NCBI GenBank assembly: GCA_965248445.1
Contig: CBDFJG010000003.1
Location: 1,120,001 to 1,184,000 of the forward strand
Direction of reading: 5' to 3'
Source: Planctomycetota bacterium
GTDB lineage: Bacteria; Planctomycetota; JAJSAM01; JAJVHW01
Length of the DNA stretch: 64,000 nt
Shown here: positions 17,199 through 27,205 of the stretch, piece after piece
Layout of the letters: every line of letters begins with the position of its first letter
How positions within the stretch are numbered: position 1 is the first letter of the stretch
The notes under the pieces: model-generated
Told to the model about the DNA's origin: nothing
What the model saw: the letters and a program-made list of their open reading frames with translations, nothing else
Databases searched by the model: none
Position numbers and translations under genes: made by a program

Positions 17199-20000
17199 AT
17201 GCACCGCCGTCGTCGACTCCTGATCGTCCTCGCCACCGTCGTCGTCGCGGTAGCGTCCCTCACATGGCGGTCACCGGACACGCGTGCGGACGACGGGGAC
17301 GCCGTTGACACCAAGGTCTGCATCTGTGCGGCCGCGACGGGCGCGTGTCAGCACTACCTGCGCACGCCCAAGAAGCCGACCAACGACCCGTGCTGGTGTC
17401 ACAAGTGCCGCGAGTTCTCGAAGCACGACGGAGGCACTCTGCCGGATGGCTGGAGCCAGTCGTGCTTCAAGAGCAAGACGGAGGAGCTGTACCTGAAGCG
17501 TCACGCCGCGGCGTGGGCCATCGTGTGCAGCGACTGCCTGGCGGACGACACGCCGTGCAAGGCCGGTAAGACCAAGTGCGGCGCCTGCGCATTCTCGGCC
17601 CCCGGCACGAAGGACTACGCCGGACGCGATGCCAAGCGCACCGTGATGAAGCGGTTGACCAAGGAGAAGAAATTCTTCAAGAAGGCGAAGAACGTCCGCG
17701 TGCTCTACAACGCGCGCTTCTACCTCGTGACGGATCAGGTCCCGCTCAAGGTGCCGACCGGCGCCGTGACGAAGCGTCTCGCCAGCGGGCACGAGTGGGC
17801 GCACATCATGATGGAGCGGGCCGAGTACGCGAGGCGGGAGTTCACGGACCATCTCGGCGAGAAGCTCGACATCGATAAGCCGACCGGGATGTACTTCCCG
17901 GTGTCGCAGCGCGACGGCAACAAACTTGCGCGCCTGTACCTCGGCAACCCAACCGCAAACATCCTGTATGGCGGCAGCGACAACAGCTCTGTCGCAGACG
18001 CGTTCTGCTTCCATGGGTTCATCACGTCGATGGACCAGTTCGGCCAGAACGGTGACCCGGCGATCCACTTCGCCATGCGCCACATGCTTGGCCACGAGCT
18101 CATCTCGTGCTGGACCGTCGTGGATGGCCACAACCGCGCGCTGCCACGCTGGCTGCACGTCGGCAGTGCTCACTGGCTGTCCCGTCTGCAGCCGCGCTTC
18201 CGCGAGGACGCCTTCGCGTGCCACCTCGAGGGCAGCGAGATGGAGCTGCCCGGCACGAAGTGGGACAAGGAGCTGCGACGCATCGCCAAGGCCTCGAAAC
18301 CGGGCGCCATCGAGAAGCTGCTCGTCAAGAGCGCGCAAGGGCAACTGACCGAGGACGACCATCGCCGCGCGTGGAGCTACATGGACCTGTGCCTCTCGGA
18401 GTGGCGCGAGCCCTGGGTGGCCATGCTGGCAGCGCGACGCAAGCGGACCAAGGAGCGTGACGCGTTCGTCGAGCACCTGAAGATCACTCCGGAGGTGTTC
18501 GACGAGCGCTGGCGCGAGCGCGTCTCGGGCAAACGCAAGAGCATGTCTCCGTCGCGCGTGGACGACGAGGCCACGACGAACGAGGATCTGACGTCGCGGG
18601 AGCGCAAGTCGCTCCTGCGGGAGAAAGACCCCGCGACACTCTCCGCACGCGTGCGGGGACTCGGCACCGTCGACGATCCGGCGACGGCGAAGCTGCTGGT
18701 CGATCTGCTGGCGCGGGAGAGTGATCTCGTCCGCGAGACCGTCATGGTGTCCCTGCAGGAGATCGAGGCGCCGGCCGTGCTAGCAGCGGCTTGGAAGCAC
18801 GGGCTCGACCACGATGACGAGCTGGTGCGCGCCTACATCGCGCGGGTGTGCGGACGGCGCTCGGTCGCCGAGTCCGTCCCGGCGCTGCGCAAGCAACTCG
18901 GGGACCGCAACTGGTACGCCCGCGCCGAGGCGGCGGTCGCGCTCGGGACCCTGGGCGATGCAGAGTCGATGACCGCGTTCGTGAAGCTCCTCGGTGACTC
19001 CGCCGACAAGGCGAAGCTCGCGGGGATGGACGCGCTCTCCATGCTGGGAATGGCGTCCGAACCGGCGGTCGGCTCGATCGCGAAGCACCTGTCGTCATCC
19101 AGATGGCAGCTGCGGGTGACGGCCGCACAGGCGCTCGGCGCCATCGGGAGCATGGAGGGGGTCGAGCCCCTCATCACGCGGATGGAGATCGAGTCCGGAA
19201 GGCTGCGACGGGACATTCACGACGCGCTCAAGTCGATCACGCGTGATGACCTGGGCGAGAAGCCCGAACACTGGCGCACGTGGTGGGACAAGCAGACCGC
19301 CGCGGGCGACGGCGAGCTCCCGGCCCGACCGGACGCCCCCACGACGGGTGCCCCCGAGGACGAGCCGGAGAACCGCTACGCGGAGGCCGAGTACTTCGGG
19401 ATCGACCTGTACGGGAGCCGGATCGCGTTCGTGCTCGACACGTCGGAGTCGATGGAGCTGCGCTTCTTCCCGGACGACTCCGTTCAGAAGCGACGCGGCC
19501 GGCGGCTGCGTGGTTCGAACAAGATCAACATCTGCAAGGCGGAGATCGCCGAGACACTGCGCACGCTCGACAAGCGCTCCCGCTTCAACCTGATCTCGTT
19601 CTCGGACTCGGTGAAGTCGTGGAAGGACAGGATAGTGCCCGCCAGCGGCGAGAACGTCGAACAGGCAATCGATTGGCTCAAGAACCGCCTGACCAACGGA
19701 GAGACGAACTACTACGACGCGCTGTGCACCGTCCTCGACCTGAGCGACCGGCCCGACGCGTCGCCGAACTTCCGCGACACTCCGGACACCATCACGTTCC
19801 TGACGGACGGGATGCCCACGCGCGGCAAGATCACCGACTCGAAGACGTTGCTCGCCTGGTACACGCGGCTCAACCGCTACTCACGGGTGACCACGCACGT
19901 CATCGCGTTCGGCGACAAGGGACTGGAGATCGAACTGCTGCGCGCGCTCGCCACGGAGAACTACGGCACGTTCGTCCACGTCCCGAGCCGCAAAGAGTAG
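17199..20000 (+). CDS. Secreted multidomain protein: Cys-rich N-terminus, degenerate zincin-like domain, HEAT repeats, C-terminal VWA domain
   Basis: Signal peptide; HEAT repeats (LGDRNWYARAEAAVALG, SSRWQLRVTAAQALG); VWA 'FVLDTSESM...GETNYYDAL...DTITFLTDGMPTRG'. Confidence 0.8.
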   Translation: MHRRRRLLIVLATVVVAVASLTWRSPDTRADDGDAVDTKVCICAAATGACQHYLRTPKKPTNDPCWCHKCREFSKHDGGTLPDGWSQSCFKSKTEELYLKRHAAAWAIVCSDCLADDTPCKAGKTKCGACAFSAPGTKDYAGRDAKRTVMKRLTKEKKFFKKAKNVRVLYNARFYLVTDQVPLKVPTGAVTKRLASGHEWAHIMMERAEYARREFTDHLGEKLDIDKPTGMYFPVSQRDGNKLARLYLGNPTANILYGGSDNSSVADAFCFHGFITSMDQFGQNGDPAIHFAMRHMLGHELISCWTVVDGHNRALPRWLHVGSAHWLSRLQPRFREDAFACHLEGSEMELPGTKWDKELRRIAKASKPGAIEKLLVKSAQGQLTEDDHRRAWSYMDLCLSEWREPWVAMLAARRKRTKERDAFVEHLKITPEVFDERWRERVSGKRKSMSPSRVDDEATTNEDLTSRERKSLLREKDPATLSARVRGLGTVDDPATAKLLVDLLARESDLVRETVMVSLQEIEAPAVLAAAWKHGLDHDDELVRAYIARVCGRRSVAESVPALRKQLGDRNWYARAEAAVALGTLGDAESMTAFVKLLGDSADKAKLAGMDALSMLGMASEPAVGSIAKHLSSSRWQLRVTAAQALGAIGSMEGVEPLITRMEIESGRLRRDIHDALKSITRDDLGEKPEHWRTWWDKQTAAGDGELPARPDAPTTGAPEDEPENRYAEAEYFGIDLYGSRIAFVLDTSESMELRFFPDDSVQKRRGRRLRGSNKINICKAEIAETLRTLDKRSRFNLISFSDSVKSWKDRIVPASGENVEQAIDWLKNRLTNGETNYYDALCTVLDLSDRPDASPNFRDTPDTITFLTDGMPTRGKITDSKTLLAWYTRLNRYSRVTTHVIAFGDKGLEIELLRALATENYGTFVHVPSRKE

Positions 20001-20191
20001 GCTCTGCTCGTTCAGCCCCGGGCCCGGTACAGCTCACCGAACCCAGCGTCCCCGGTCTCGTTGGGGAGGCCTCCGGCTCCCAAAGGTACTCGAGCGCCGG
20101 ATGCGCTCGTGCCGACACCGCGGCGCCGGGCGCTCGCCGTATCGACCCACCTCCTCTCCGCCTGCCACTCCCATGTCACCGGCCCCGATCG

Positions 20192-21723
20192 GTACCCGTT
20201 CAGCCCTTGGTTCTGAGCTCGGATCCAGATCGCTTTCCGTTCGGTCGATGAATCGGATGTGGGCACCGATGAGCTGCGTGATCTGGTCGAGCGCCTGACC
20301 CGTCGTCTGGACGCTCGGGACGAGACGATTGCCGAGCAGGCGGAGGTGATCGAGCGGCAGGCGGCACGGATCGACGATCTCGAGAGCCGTCTTCGCCGGG
20401 ACTCCCGCACCTCCTCGCGCCCACCGTCCTCGGATCCGTCGTGGTCCAAGAAGCGGCGGCGGCGCAAGCCGCCGTCGGACAAGCGCCAGGGTGCGCAGCC
20501 CGGCCACAAAGGGGCGACGCGCAAGCTCGTGGACGAGTCCGAGGTCGATGGCGTAGAGGACCACCGCCCGCGCGAGTGCAGCGCGTGTGGGAGCGACGTG
20601 CTCGTCCCGATCGATCGCGCCCCGACACGCCAGCAGGTCTTCGAGGTCCCGCCACGGCTGATCCAGGTGACCGAGCACCGGTTGCACCGGGCACGGTGCA
20701 CGGACTGTGGCGCCACGTCCACTGCCTCGCTGCCAAGCGGTGTGACGGCGAGTCCCTTCGGCCCGCGACTCTGTGCGCTCACCGCGGCTCTGGTCGGCGT
20801 CTTCCGCCTGTCGCGGCGCGAGACCAGTCGTCTGTTGCGTGACGTCATCGGCGTCTCGATGTCACCGGGCACGGTCAGTGCGATCGAGGAGCGGGTGTCG
20901 GGAGCCATCTCCTCAGCGCACATCGAGGCCCTCGGGGCCGTACGCACGAGCAGCGTCGCCTATGTAGACGAGACACCGTGGTCGCGTCGTGGCACGCTGC
21001 ATTGGCTGTGGAGCGCGGTCTGTGAGCACGCCACGGTCCATCGTATCGATCGGCGCAGGAGCGCCAAGGCCATGCGGCGACTCGTGGGCAAGCGCTTCAG
21101 GGGCGTCCTCGTGACCGACCGTATGGGCGCTTACGACCAGCATCCCACCGAGCGCCGCCAGATCTGCTGGGCGCATCTCGAGAGGGACTTTCGAGCGCTG
21201 GCCGAGGGCTCGCGCGGCGGCCGGCGCTTCGGCAAGCAGGCCGTGCGTCTCGCCCAGGCTGTCATGCGAGCTCAGCGTCACTTCGGCGAGCACGGGGACC
21301 GCGACCGCATGCGGCGTGAGCTGCGTCTCACATGGGACCGACTCCTGACGCTGCTCGTGCGCGGCGCAGACAGCAAGCACCGCCGAGTACGCGGAACGAC
21401 TCGGCATCTGCTCGACCGAGCGGAGGCTCTGTGGACCTTCGCCGACGTCCCTGGCGTCTCCCCGACGAACAACGCCGCTGAGCGCGCGGTGCGCAAGCCG
21501 GTCCTGTGGAGACGCGCAACGCACGGAAGTCAGAGCGAGCGCGGACTCCGCTTCGTCGAGCGCATCCTGACCGTCACCGCCACGCTCCGCCAGCGTGGCG
21601 AGAGCGTCTTCGATTACCTCGCAGACGTCAGCGCGGCACTCGCGCACAACCGCTCGCCGCCGGCTCTCGTCGCGCTCCCGATCACGCGCTGAGGCCGCGG
21701 ATCGTCATACCCTGAACGGGTAC
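20192..21723 (+). mobile_element. IS66-family element (single-ORF, ISBst12-like), 1532 bp
   Basis: Perfect 12-bp TIR GTACCCGTTCAG / CTGAACGGGTAC; 8-bp target duplication cccgatcg at 20184-20191 and 21724-21731. Confidence 0.93.
20259..21692 (+). CDS. IS66-family transposase
   Basis: Coiled coil, SRTSSRPPSSD, GAQPGHKG, CxxC zinc finger, YVDET, VLVTDR, QICWAHL.RDF, PTNNAAERAVR. Confidence 0.93.
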   Translation: MGTDELRDLVERLTRRLDARDETIAEQAEVIERQAARIDDLESRLRRDSRTSSRPPSSDPSWSKKRRRRKPPSDKRQGAQPGHKGATRKLVDESEVDGVEDHRPRECSACGSDVLVPIDRAPTRQQVFEVPPRLIQVTEHRLHRARCTDCGATSTASLPSGVTASPFGPRLCALTAALVGVFRLSRRETSRLLRDVIGVSMSPGTVSAIEERVSGAISSAHIEALGAVRTSSVAYVDETPWSRRGTLHWLWSAVCEHATVHRIDRRRSAKAMRRLVGKRFRGVLVTDRMGAYDQHPTERRQICWAHLERDFRALAEGSRGGRRFGKQAVRLAQAVMRAQRHFGEHGDRDRMRRELRLTWDRLLTLLVRGADSKHRRVRGTTRHLLDRAEALWTFADVPGVSPTNNAAERAVRKPVLWRRATHGSQSERGLRFVERILTVTATLRQRGESVFDYLADVSAALAHNRSPPALVALPITR

Positions 21724-21800
21724 CCCGATCGCACCCGATCAACGGCGGGGCGCCCGGGGGAATCGAACGCCAGAGCATCGCGACCGTCTGTAATCGGGTC

Positions 21801-22535
21801 ATGAGGGACTACGAACCGGCCATGTCATTCGACGGGGAGAGCGCGGCGCGGTACGACGCGGGCCACGTCCGGGGAGACGAAGCAGCGACGGTCGCGTTCC
21901 TGGAGCAACTCGCAGGCGGCGGACGCGCGCTGGAACTGGCGATCGGGACCGGGCGCATCGCGCTTCCGCTCGCAGCGCGAGGCGTCACCGTCGACGGCAT
22001 CGACTTCTCCGAGGCCATGGTCGCGCAGCTGCGCGGCAAGCCGGGAGGAGACAAGCTCGACGTCACGATCGGCGACTTCTCCGACGTCGGCGTGCCCGGC
22101 CGTTACCGCGTGGTCTACGTCGTCTTCAACACCCTGTTCAACCTGCTGACGCAGGACGACCAGGTCCGCTGCTTCGAGAACGTCGCCGCCCATCTCGAGG
22201 AAGACGGCGTGTTCGTCGTCGAGGCGTTCGTCCCCTCCTGGCTGCACCGGCTGCGCGACCACCAGTACGTGGACGCAGAGTCGATCGACACCGCTCACGT
22301 CAAACTCGACATGGGACGCCACGATCCCGTCCTACAGATGCTCGACGAGAGCCACGTCACGCTGTCCGACGACGGGTTCCGCGCCGCGCCGATCGTCTGC
22401 CGCTACGCGTGGCCGAGCGAACTCGACCTGATGGCGCGCATCGCGGGCTTGCGACTGCGGGAGCGCTGGACCGGCTGGGAACGACAGCCGTTCACGGCCG
22501 ACAGTCGCAATTGCATCTCCGTCTACGGACGCTGA
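21801..22535 (+). CDS. Class I SAM-dependent methyltransferase
   Basis: ALELAIGTGRIALPLA..GID.SEAM motif I; VFNTLFNL; RYAWPSELDLMARIAG. Confidence 0.9.
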   Translation: MRDYEPAMSFDGESAARYDAGHVRGDEAATVAFLEQLAGGGRALELAIGTGRIALPLAARGVTVDGIDFSEAMVAQLRGKPGGDKLDVTIGDFSDVGVPGRYRVVYVVFNTLFNLLTQDDQVRCFENVAAHLEEDGVFVVEAFVPSWLHRLRDHQYVDAESIDTAHVKLDMGRHDPVLQMLDESHVTLSDDGFRAAPIVCRYAWPSELDLMARIAGLRLRERWTGWERQPFTADSRNCISVYGR

Positions 22536-22627
22536 CGCGCGGGTCAACCTGCGCGTCGCCGGTTCTGCGCGGCCACGCCGTCTCAGGGCTGACCACAGTG
22601 GCGCCTCGCGATCGGGGAGGGCGCGAG

Positions 22628-23053
22628 CTAGGCCAGGTCCTTCCGCAGGAAGACCCGGGAGTGCGGCGGCGGCGAGTCCTCGAGCACCGCGAACGTGGTG
22701 TAGCCCATGCGCTCATAGAACTCGGGCGACTGGTAGCTCAGCGTGTTGAGGAAGACGCGCGGATGACCCTGACGGAGAGCCTCACCCTCAGCACGCTCCA
22801 TCAGACTGCGCCCGAGTCCGCGCCCGCGGTGCTCCTCGACGACAAAGAGCGACTGGACGTAGAGCCACCCGCCGCCGAGTGTGCCGCGCAGCCCGCCCAG
22901 CGCGGAGCCATCGGTTGCGCGGGCGACGATCGTGAGCGGCGCGTACTTGATTGGCCCCGCGCGAGACAGGTCGTACGCATCGAGTCCGTTCTCGATGACA
23001 GACATGACCTCGGGCGCCGGGTCGGCCTCGATAAGAAGTGTGAAGTCGGACAC
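22628..23053 (-). CDS. GNAT-family N-acetyltransferase
   Basis: LFVVEEHRGRGLGRSLM..AE; TLSYQSPEFYERMGY. Confidence 0.9.
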   Translation of the reverse strand: MSDFTLLIEADPAPEVMSVIENGLDAYDLSRAGPIKYAPLTIVARATDGSALGGLRGTLGGGWLYVQSLFVVEEHRGRGLGRSLMERAEGEALRQGHPRVFLNTLSYQSPEFYERMGYTTFAVLEDSPPPHSRVFLRKDLA

Positions 23054-23277
23054 GGCGCCTCCGCGGGCATCGGACAAGCGTAGCGTCGCTCGCGCGTCGA
23101 CGCGGACACGCGGCGACGACGGGGAGTGTACTTCGCGTTCGTGTCGACCGAATTCGAGGAACCGATCCCCCAGGGGGACGCCTCGCCCGAGTGACGGCCA
23201 GGCTCGATTGCAACTCGGCGTGAGCGTTCCCAGAGGGGGCAGTACCGTGTGGCACCCCCGTCGGGCCGGAGGAATCG

Positions 23278-24765
23278 ATGCGCCTCATCAACAGAGCGCT
23301 CGTCGCCTCGCTGGCGGCACTGCTGCTGGCAGCCGTGCTGCTGACCACGACGAAGGCTGTCGCGCAAGACAGCGCAGCGCGGACGATTGCTCAAACGGAG
23401 GAACTGCTCGTCGTGCGCCAGGAGATCCGGCGCGTCATGCGCGAGATCTCTCGGCACGAGGATCTGCTCGCAGACGTCGTGCACGAGTCTGAGCATGGTG
23501 CCTCCGGACCGCACTCCGAGCGGGTGAACCGACTCGAGAACGAGGTCGTCGACGCGGAGACCGCTCTGCTGGACATGCGCAAGCGCCGCAGGTTCACGGA
23601 GCGGCACCCGGATGTGATCGCCGGCGTCGCAACGTGTGCGGAGCTGCACCGACTGCTCCAGGCCGAGGTCGGGATCGGCCGACGGGAGCTCGAGAGAGCG
23701 CGCGCGCGCAACGCGTCGGCGGTGGCGTCCAGTCGCCAGCAGATCGACGCACTGCAGGGCGAACTGGACCGGCTCGTCACCGTGCAGACCCTCCTGACGG
23801 ACGAAGCGAGTGCTTTGCCGCCGGTGGAGACGCCCGAGGAGTGTGAGTTGTCGCCGATGCCTCCCGAGCCGCCAGTCGTGGAGGCGCCGCCCCCCGCGCC
23901 CCCGGTCGTCGCACCCACGGTCGTCGAGCCCCCCGTCATCGCGATCCCGACCCCGCTGCCCGCTCCGATGCCGGCGCCTGCGGCGGAGGACGACGAGCTG
24001 GAGCAGCTCCGCACCGAGGTCACACGGCTCAGCGGGCAGCTGAGCACCTCGATTGACAACCTGCGTAGAGACGGCGGCATCGCCGCGTTGCTGCTCGCAG
24101 GGGCGGGCGCTGTCGGTCTCTGGTTCCTGGGCCGGTCGAGCCGCCTCCGCTCGTTGCTCGCGCCGTTCCGTGAGTACCTTCCCGAACAGCTCCAGTCCCA
24201 GCTCGATACGCTGACGAAGCAGCCAGCACCGGTTTCTTCCGCAGCGCCCACAGCGCCACCGCCGGCACAACCTCCGCCGAACGCAGCCGAGCCGGCGGCG
24301 CCGGCGCCGAGCGCAGCGCCGACGGCATCAGCAGCACCGGCAACGCCCGCCGCTACACCGACGCCACCCGCAGCAGTTGCAGCGCCGGCAGCCACAGCAG
24401 CGGCAGCGGCGGCGCCGCGCGCGCTACCAGAGGCGGTCGTCCTGTCATCAACGGCCGCACCGGCCGCAACCAAGACGGCGGTGCTCGCCGGGCGCGTGGA
24501 GGGCCGCGACGGTCCGGTGAAGGGCGCACGAGTGCTCCTCGCGGTGTCTTCGCGGCCGCGTGGCCGGACGGGCCCCGGTACGGCGCGCACCACGACCAAC
24601 GCCGATGGAGAGTTCGAGTTCACGGTTGCGCCGGGCACGGAGTACATCGTCGACGTGACGCTGGGCGACCAGGCGCTCCGCGTCGACTCCGTCTCGCTTG
24701 CGCCCGGCGAGCGCAGGGAACTCAACGTCAGCCTGCCCGGTGCGCCGCGATCACGCGATGCGTGA
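23278..24765 (+). CDS. Membrane protein: coiled coil, Pro/Ala-rich linkers, C-terminal carboxypeptidase-regulatory-like (prealbumin-like) domain
   Basis: Signal peptide; 'FTERHPDVIA' coiled-coil motif; internal TM helix; 'LAGRVEGRDGPVKGARV...TTTNADGEFEF'. Confidence 0.65.
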   Translation: MRLINRALVASLAALLLAAVLLTTTKAVAQDSAARTIAQTEELLVVRQEIRRVMREISRHEDLLADVVHESEHGASGPHSERVNRLENEVVDAETALLDMRKRRRFTERHPDVIAGVATCAELHRLLQAEVGIGRRELERARARNASAVASSRQQIDALQGELDRLVTVQTLLTDEASALPPVETPEECELSPMPPEPPVVEAPPPAPPVVAPTVVEPPVIAIPTPLPAPMPAPAAEDDELEQLRTEVTRLSGQLSTSIDNLRRDGGIAALLLAGAGAVGLWFLGRSSRLRSLLAPFREYLPEQLQSQLDTLTKQPAPVSSAAPTAPPPAQPPPNAAEPAAPAPSAAPTASAAPATPAATPTPPAAVAAPAATAAAAAAPRALPEAVVLSSTAAPAATKTAVLAGRVEGRDGPVKGARVLLAVSSRPRGRTGPGTARTTTNADGEFEFTVAPGTEYIVDVTLGDQALRVDSVSLAPGERRELNVSLPGAPRSRDA

Positions 24766-24793
24766 TCGCGGGTAGCAGACAGCGCGCCACGTC

Positions 24794-26362
24794 TCAGCGC
24801 CGGATCAGCGGCCCCTTCTTCGGGATCTTCAATCGCACCCGGTAGGAGACCTCGCCGGACGGGCCTTCGCCGCGGCCCATACCGAGCACGAGCGTGCCGG
24901 TCGACGGAACGCGCACCGCCGCGAGCTTCAACTTCGTTCCCTTGCGATTCGTCTTCAGTGGGGTTTGCAGCTCGACCCACTCGGCCGTCGGCCGCGCATC
25001 GCTCTTCGAGCGGATCTTCACGTCGACCGTGGCGCCCATGTAGCCCGGGAACTGCAGCTGATTCGCGAGCCCCACCATCAGCCTGCCGTCGTGTCGGATG
25101 GTCTTGGCACCGAGCCGCAGCTCATAGGGCGTCACGCCGGGGTTGTCGTTGGTGATTTGGATCAGGTACCGGCCGTCCGCCGGCACGGTCACCTTGCCCT
25201 TGGCCCGGCGATAGCGCAGTTGATCGAGCAGCGGCGTGCCGTTGGATTCCTGCATCACCTGGAGCCGCAGCGATCCGGCGTCGAGGGCTGCACGAACGCG
25301 CAACTTGGTGCCGGCAGTGAGATCGACGGCGAAGGACGCATTGCCGAACGAGATGACCTCTCCCGTCACGCGAGTCCCCAGCCCGATGACCAGCGCGTCA
25401 CCGCCGCCCTCGATCAGTTGCGCGGCGACACCCGAGTTGTTGCTCCTGTCTCTGTCGTAGACGGCCTGCTGCGCGTCGAGGATCACGCCGATGCGATAAA
25501 TGCGCGGCTCGAGAACGTCGGGCAACCGAACGCTCACCGTTGCGTCGCGGGTCGCGCCGGCGTCCAGGCCGGACTGCACCGCGGCGCGCAGATAACGGTC
25601 GTCTGGAGTAACGCCACCGCCCTCCACGAGGTAAACCGTCGCCGCGAACGTCCCGGTCGGATCGGTGCCGACGTTTCGCATCGTGAAGGACACGCGGATC
25701 TCGTCCCCGGCCTCGACGTCGGCGGAAGCGAGGGTCACGTTCTCGATCAGAAGGTCGGCATCATCCGGCGGCGGCGGCGGAGGAGGCGGCTCCGGGTAGA
25801 TGAACCGGCAACCCTCCTGGTCGTCGAAGGACAGAAGGCGCTTCAGAGACACGCCGTCATAGATCGGGTGCATCACCGCCGGGTTCACGGACTCGTGATC
25901 AAGTCCCAGTACGTGGCCGAACTCGTGGACGGCAACCGACCTGAAGTCCGCACCCCCGGAACCGGTCGTGGACCACGTGTGGTTCACGTTGAACGCGACG
26001 TCCCGGTCCCAGATCGCGGGTCCCGTGAGCGTCAGGTAGGTGACCGCCCAGGCTCCCGGAGACAGCCCACTGGAGAAGTAGACGTCGCTGTTTCCGTTGG
26101 TCGTGTCGAGGAGGTTCGTCGACGGACTCGACCCGGCAGCGAAGTACACGAAGTTCGATCCCTGCACGCCCGACCAGACCGACATCGCCGCCCGCAGCTC
26201 GCTGACGTAGGACGGGAACCCGGTCCAACTCGGGTCGTGGTACACAGTCGCGCGTGCGTTGGGCCACTTCGCCGGCGCGCCCCCGTAGTCGATCGTGTTG
26301 AAGGCCATCGCCGTCGCGGCTGCGATCGCAAGCGTCGTGACCGAGACTGCGCGGCGCCTCAT
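24794..26362 (-). CDS. Matrixin-family (M10-like) metalloprotease with CARDB domain and basic C-terminal beta domains
   Basis: HEFGHVLGLDH plus Met-turn (AVMHP); poly-Pro linker; CARDB-like DLLIENV...VSFTMRNVG...DRSNN. Confidence 0.85.
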   Translation of the reverse strand: MRRRAVSVTTLAIAAATAMAFNTIDYGGAPAKWPNARATVYHDPSWTGFPSYVSELRAAMSVWSGVQGSNFVYFAAGSSPSTNLLDTTNGNSDVYFSSGLSPGAWAVTYLTLTGPAIWDRDVAFNVNHTWSTTGSGGADFRSVAVHEFGHVLGLDHESVNPAVMHPIYDGVSLKRLLSFDDQEGCRFIYPEPPPPPPPPDDADLLIENVTLASADVEAGDEIRVSFTMRNVGTDPTGTFAATVYLVEGGGVTPDDRYLRAAVQSGLDAGATRDATVSVRLPDVLEPRIYRIGVILDAQQAVYDRDRSNNSGVAAQLIEGGGDALVIGLGTRVTGEVISFGNASFAVDLTAGTKLRVRAALDAGSLRLQVMQESNGTPLLDQLRYRRAKGKVTVPADGRYLIQITNDNPGVTPYELRLGAKTIRHDGRLMVGLANQLQFPGYMGATVDVKIRSKSDARPTAEWVELQTPLKTNRKGTKLKLAAVRVPSTGTLVLGMGRGEGPSGEVSYRVRLKIPKKGPLIRR

Positions 26363-27048
26363 CGCCCGCGCTCCTCATCCTCTCGCGCCGGCGGGGTATC
26401 GGATCCCCGCTCCTCATCCGGCTCTTCCGCGGGATCGCCGTCGGCGCGCTGCGCTGCCTTCTCCGCGCGCTCGCGCGCATGCAGCTCCGCGGCTTCGAGT
26501 GCGCGGATGACCTCGACCTGGAACTCGACGAGGGTGAGCGGCCGCTTGAGCCTCTTCGTGCGCTTGAGCACCGGTGCGCCGTCGGTGAAGCCGTAGACGG
26601 CGTGTCCGTCGGCGTCGTACACGTACTCGACGCTCGTCTTCTCGTCCTTGCGTACCTGGTAGCAGCCCTGCACCCAGCCGATCGTCGGGCAGAGCGCATC
26701 GCCGTCCGGATCGACGAACAGCGCGTACCGCTTGCCCACGTCGAACTTCGGCACTCCCGGGACCAACAGGGTTCGCTCACCGATCTTGCCGCCCGCGAAT
26801 CGGTAGGTGACGGTCGAACCGCTGACGCTGCCCTTCCAGACGTCCAGGGTTCCGAACTCCACCTCCGTGAAGATCAGGTTGCGTGGCTCGCCACCGCGCA
26901 CGACGGTCGTGCGACGAGCTGTCGCCACGACGATCTCGCGGGAAGCGTCCGCCACCTGCTCGAGCGAGAAGCGCTTCAGTGTGGTTGCGGTCGCGGTCCC
27001 GGCAAGGAGCACGGCCAGCAACGCGGCGCGAATCGTCCTGCTCTGCAT
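26359..27048 (-). CDS. Secreted hypothetical protein coupled to the matrixin gene (possible propeptide or partner)
   Basis: GGAGGGG RBS; signal peptide; 'SLEQVADASREIVV...FAGGKIG...VPGVPKF.VG..Y.LF'; ATGA overlap with matrixin. Confidence 0.7.
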   Translation of the reverse strand: MQSRTIRAALLAVLLAGTATATTLKRFSLEQVADASREIVVATARRTTVVRGGEPRNLIFTEVEFGTLDVWKGSVSGSTVTYRFAGGKIGERTLLVPGVPKFDVGKRYALFVDPDGDALCPTIGWVQGCYQVRKDEKTSVEYVYDADGHAVYGFTDGAPVLKRTKRLKRPLTLVEFQVEVIRALEAAELHARERAEKAAQRADGDPAEEPDEERGSDTPPAREDEERGR

Positions 27049-27205
27049 GTCACCCCTCCCGTGCCACGCGCTCGCGCCGCGGTGAGTGGTCACGTGGGCG
27101 CACGGAGAGTGTACCCGTTGACTTCTCACAGCTGACTCGACTGCCCCACTCTGAGCCTGGGACGTGCTGGCCGACGCGTGCGGGGCGCGGCGTCGCGCGG
27201 CGGAG

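Noticed and set aside
24230..24420. Tandem DNA repeat in the Pro/Ala-rich coding tract
   Set aside because: Low-complexity protein linker without a discrete nucleotide repeat unit.
27113..27121. Solo IS66 TIR fragments (gtacccgtt here; cgttcagccc near 20009)
   Set aside because: Matches of 9-10 nt without a partner end or target duplication are compatible with chance.
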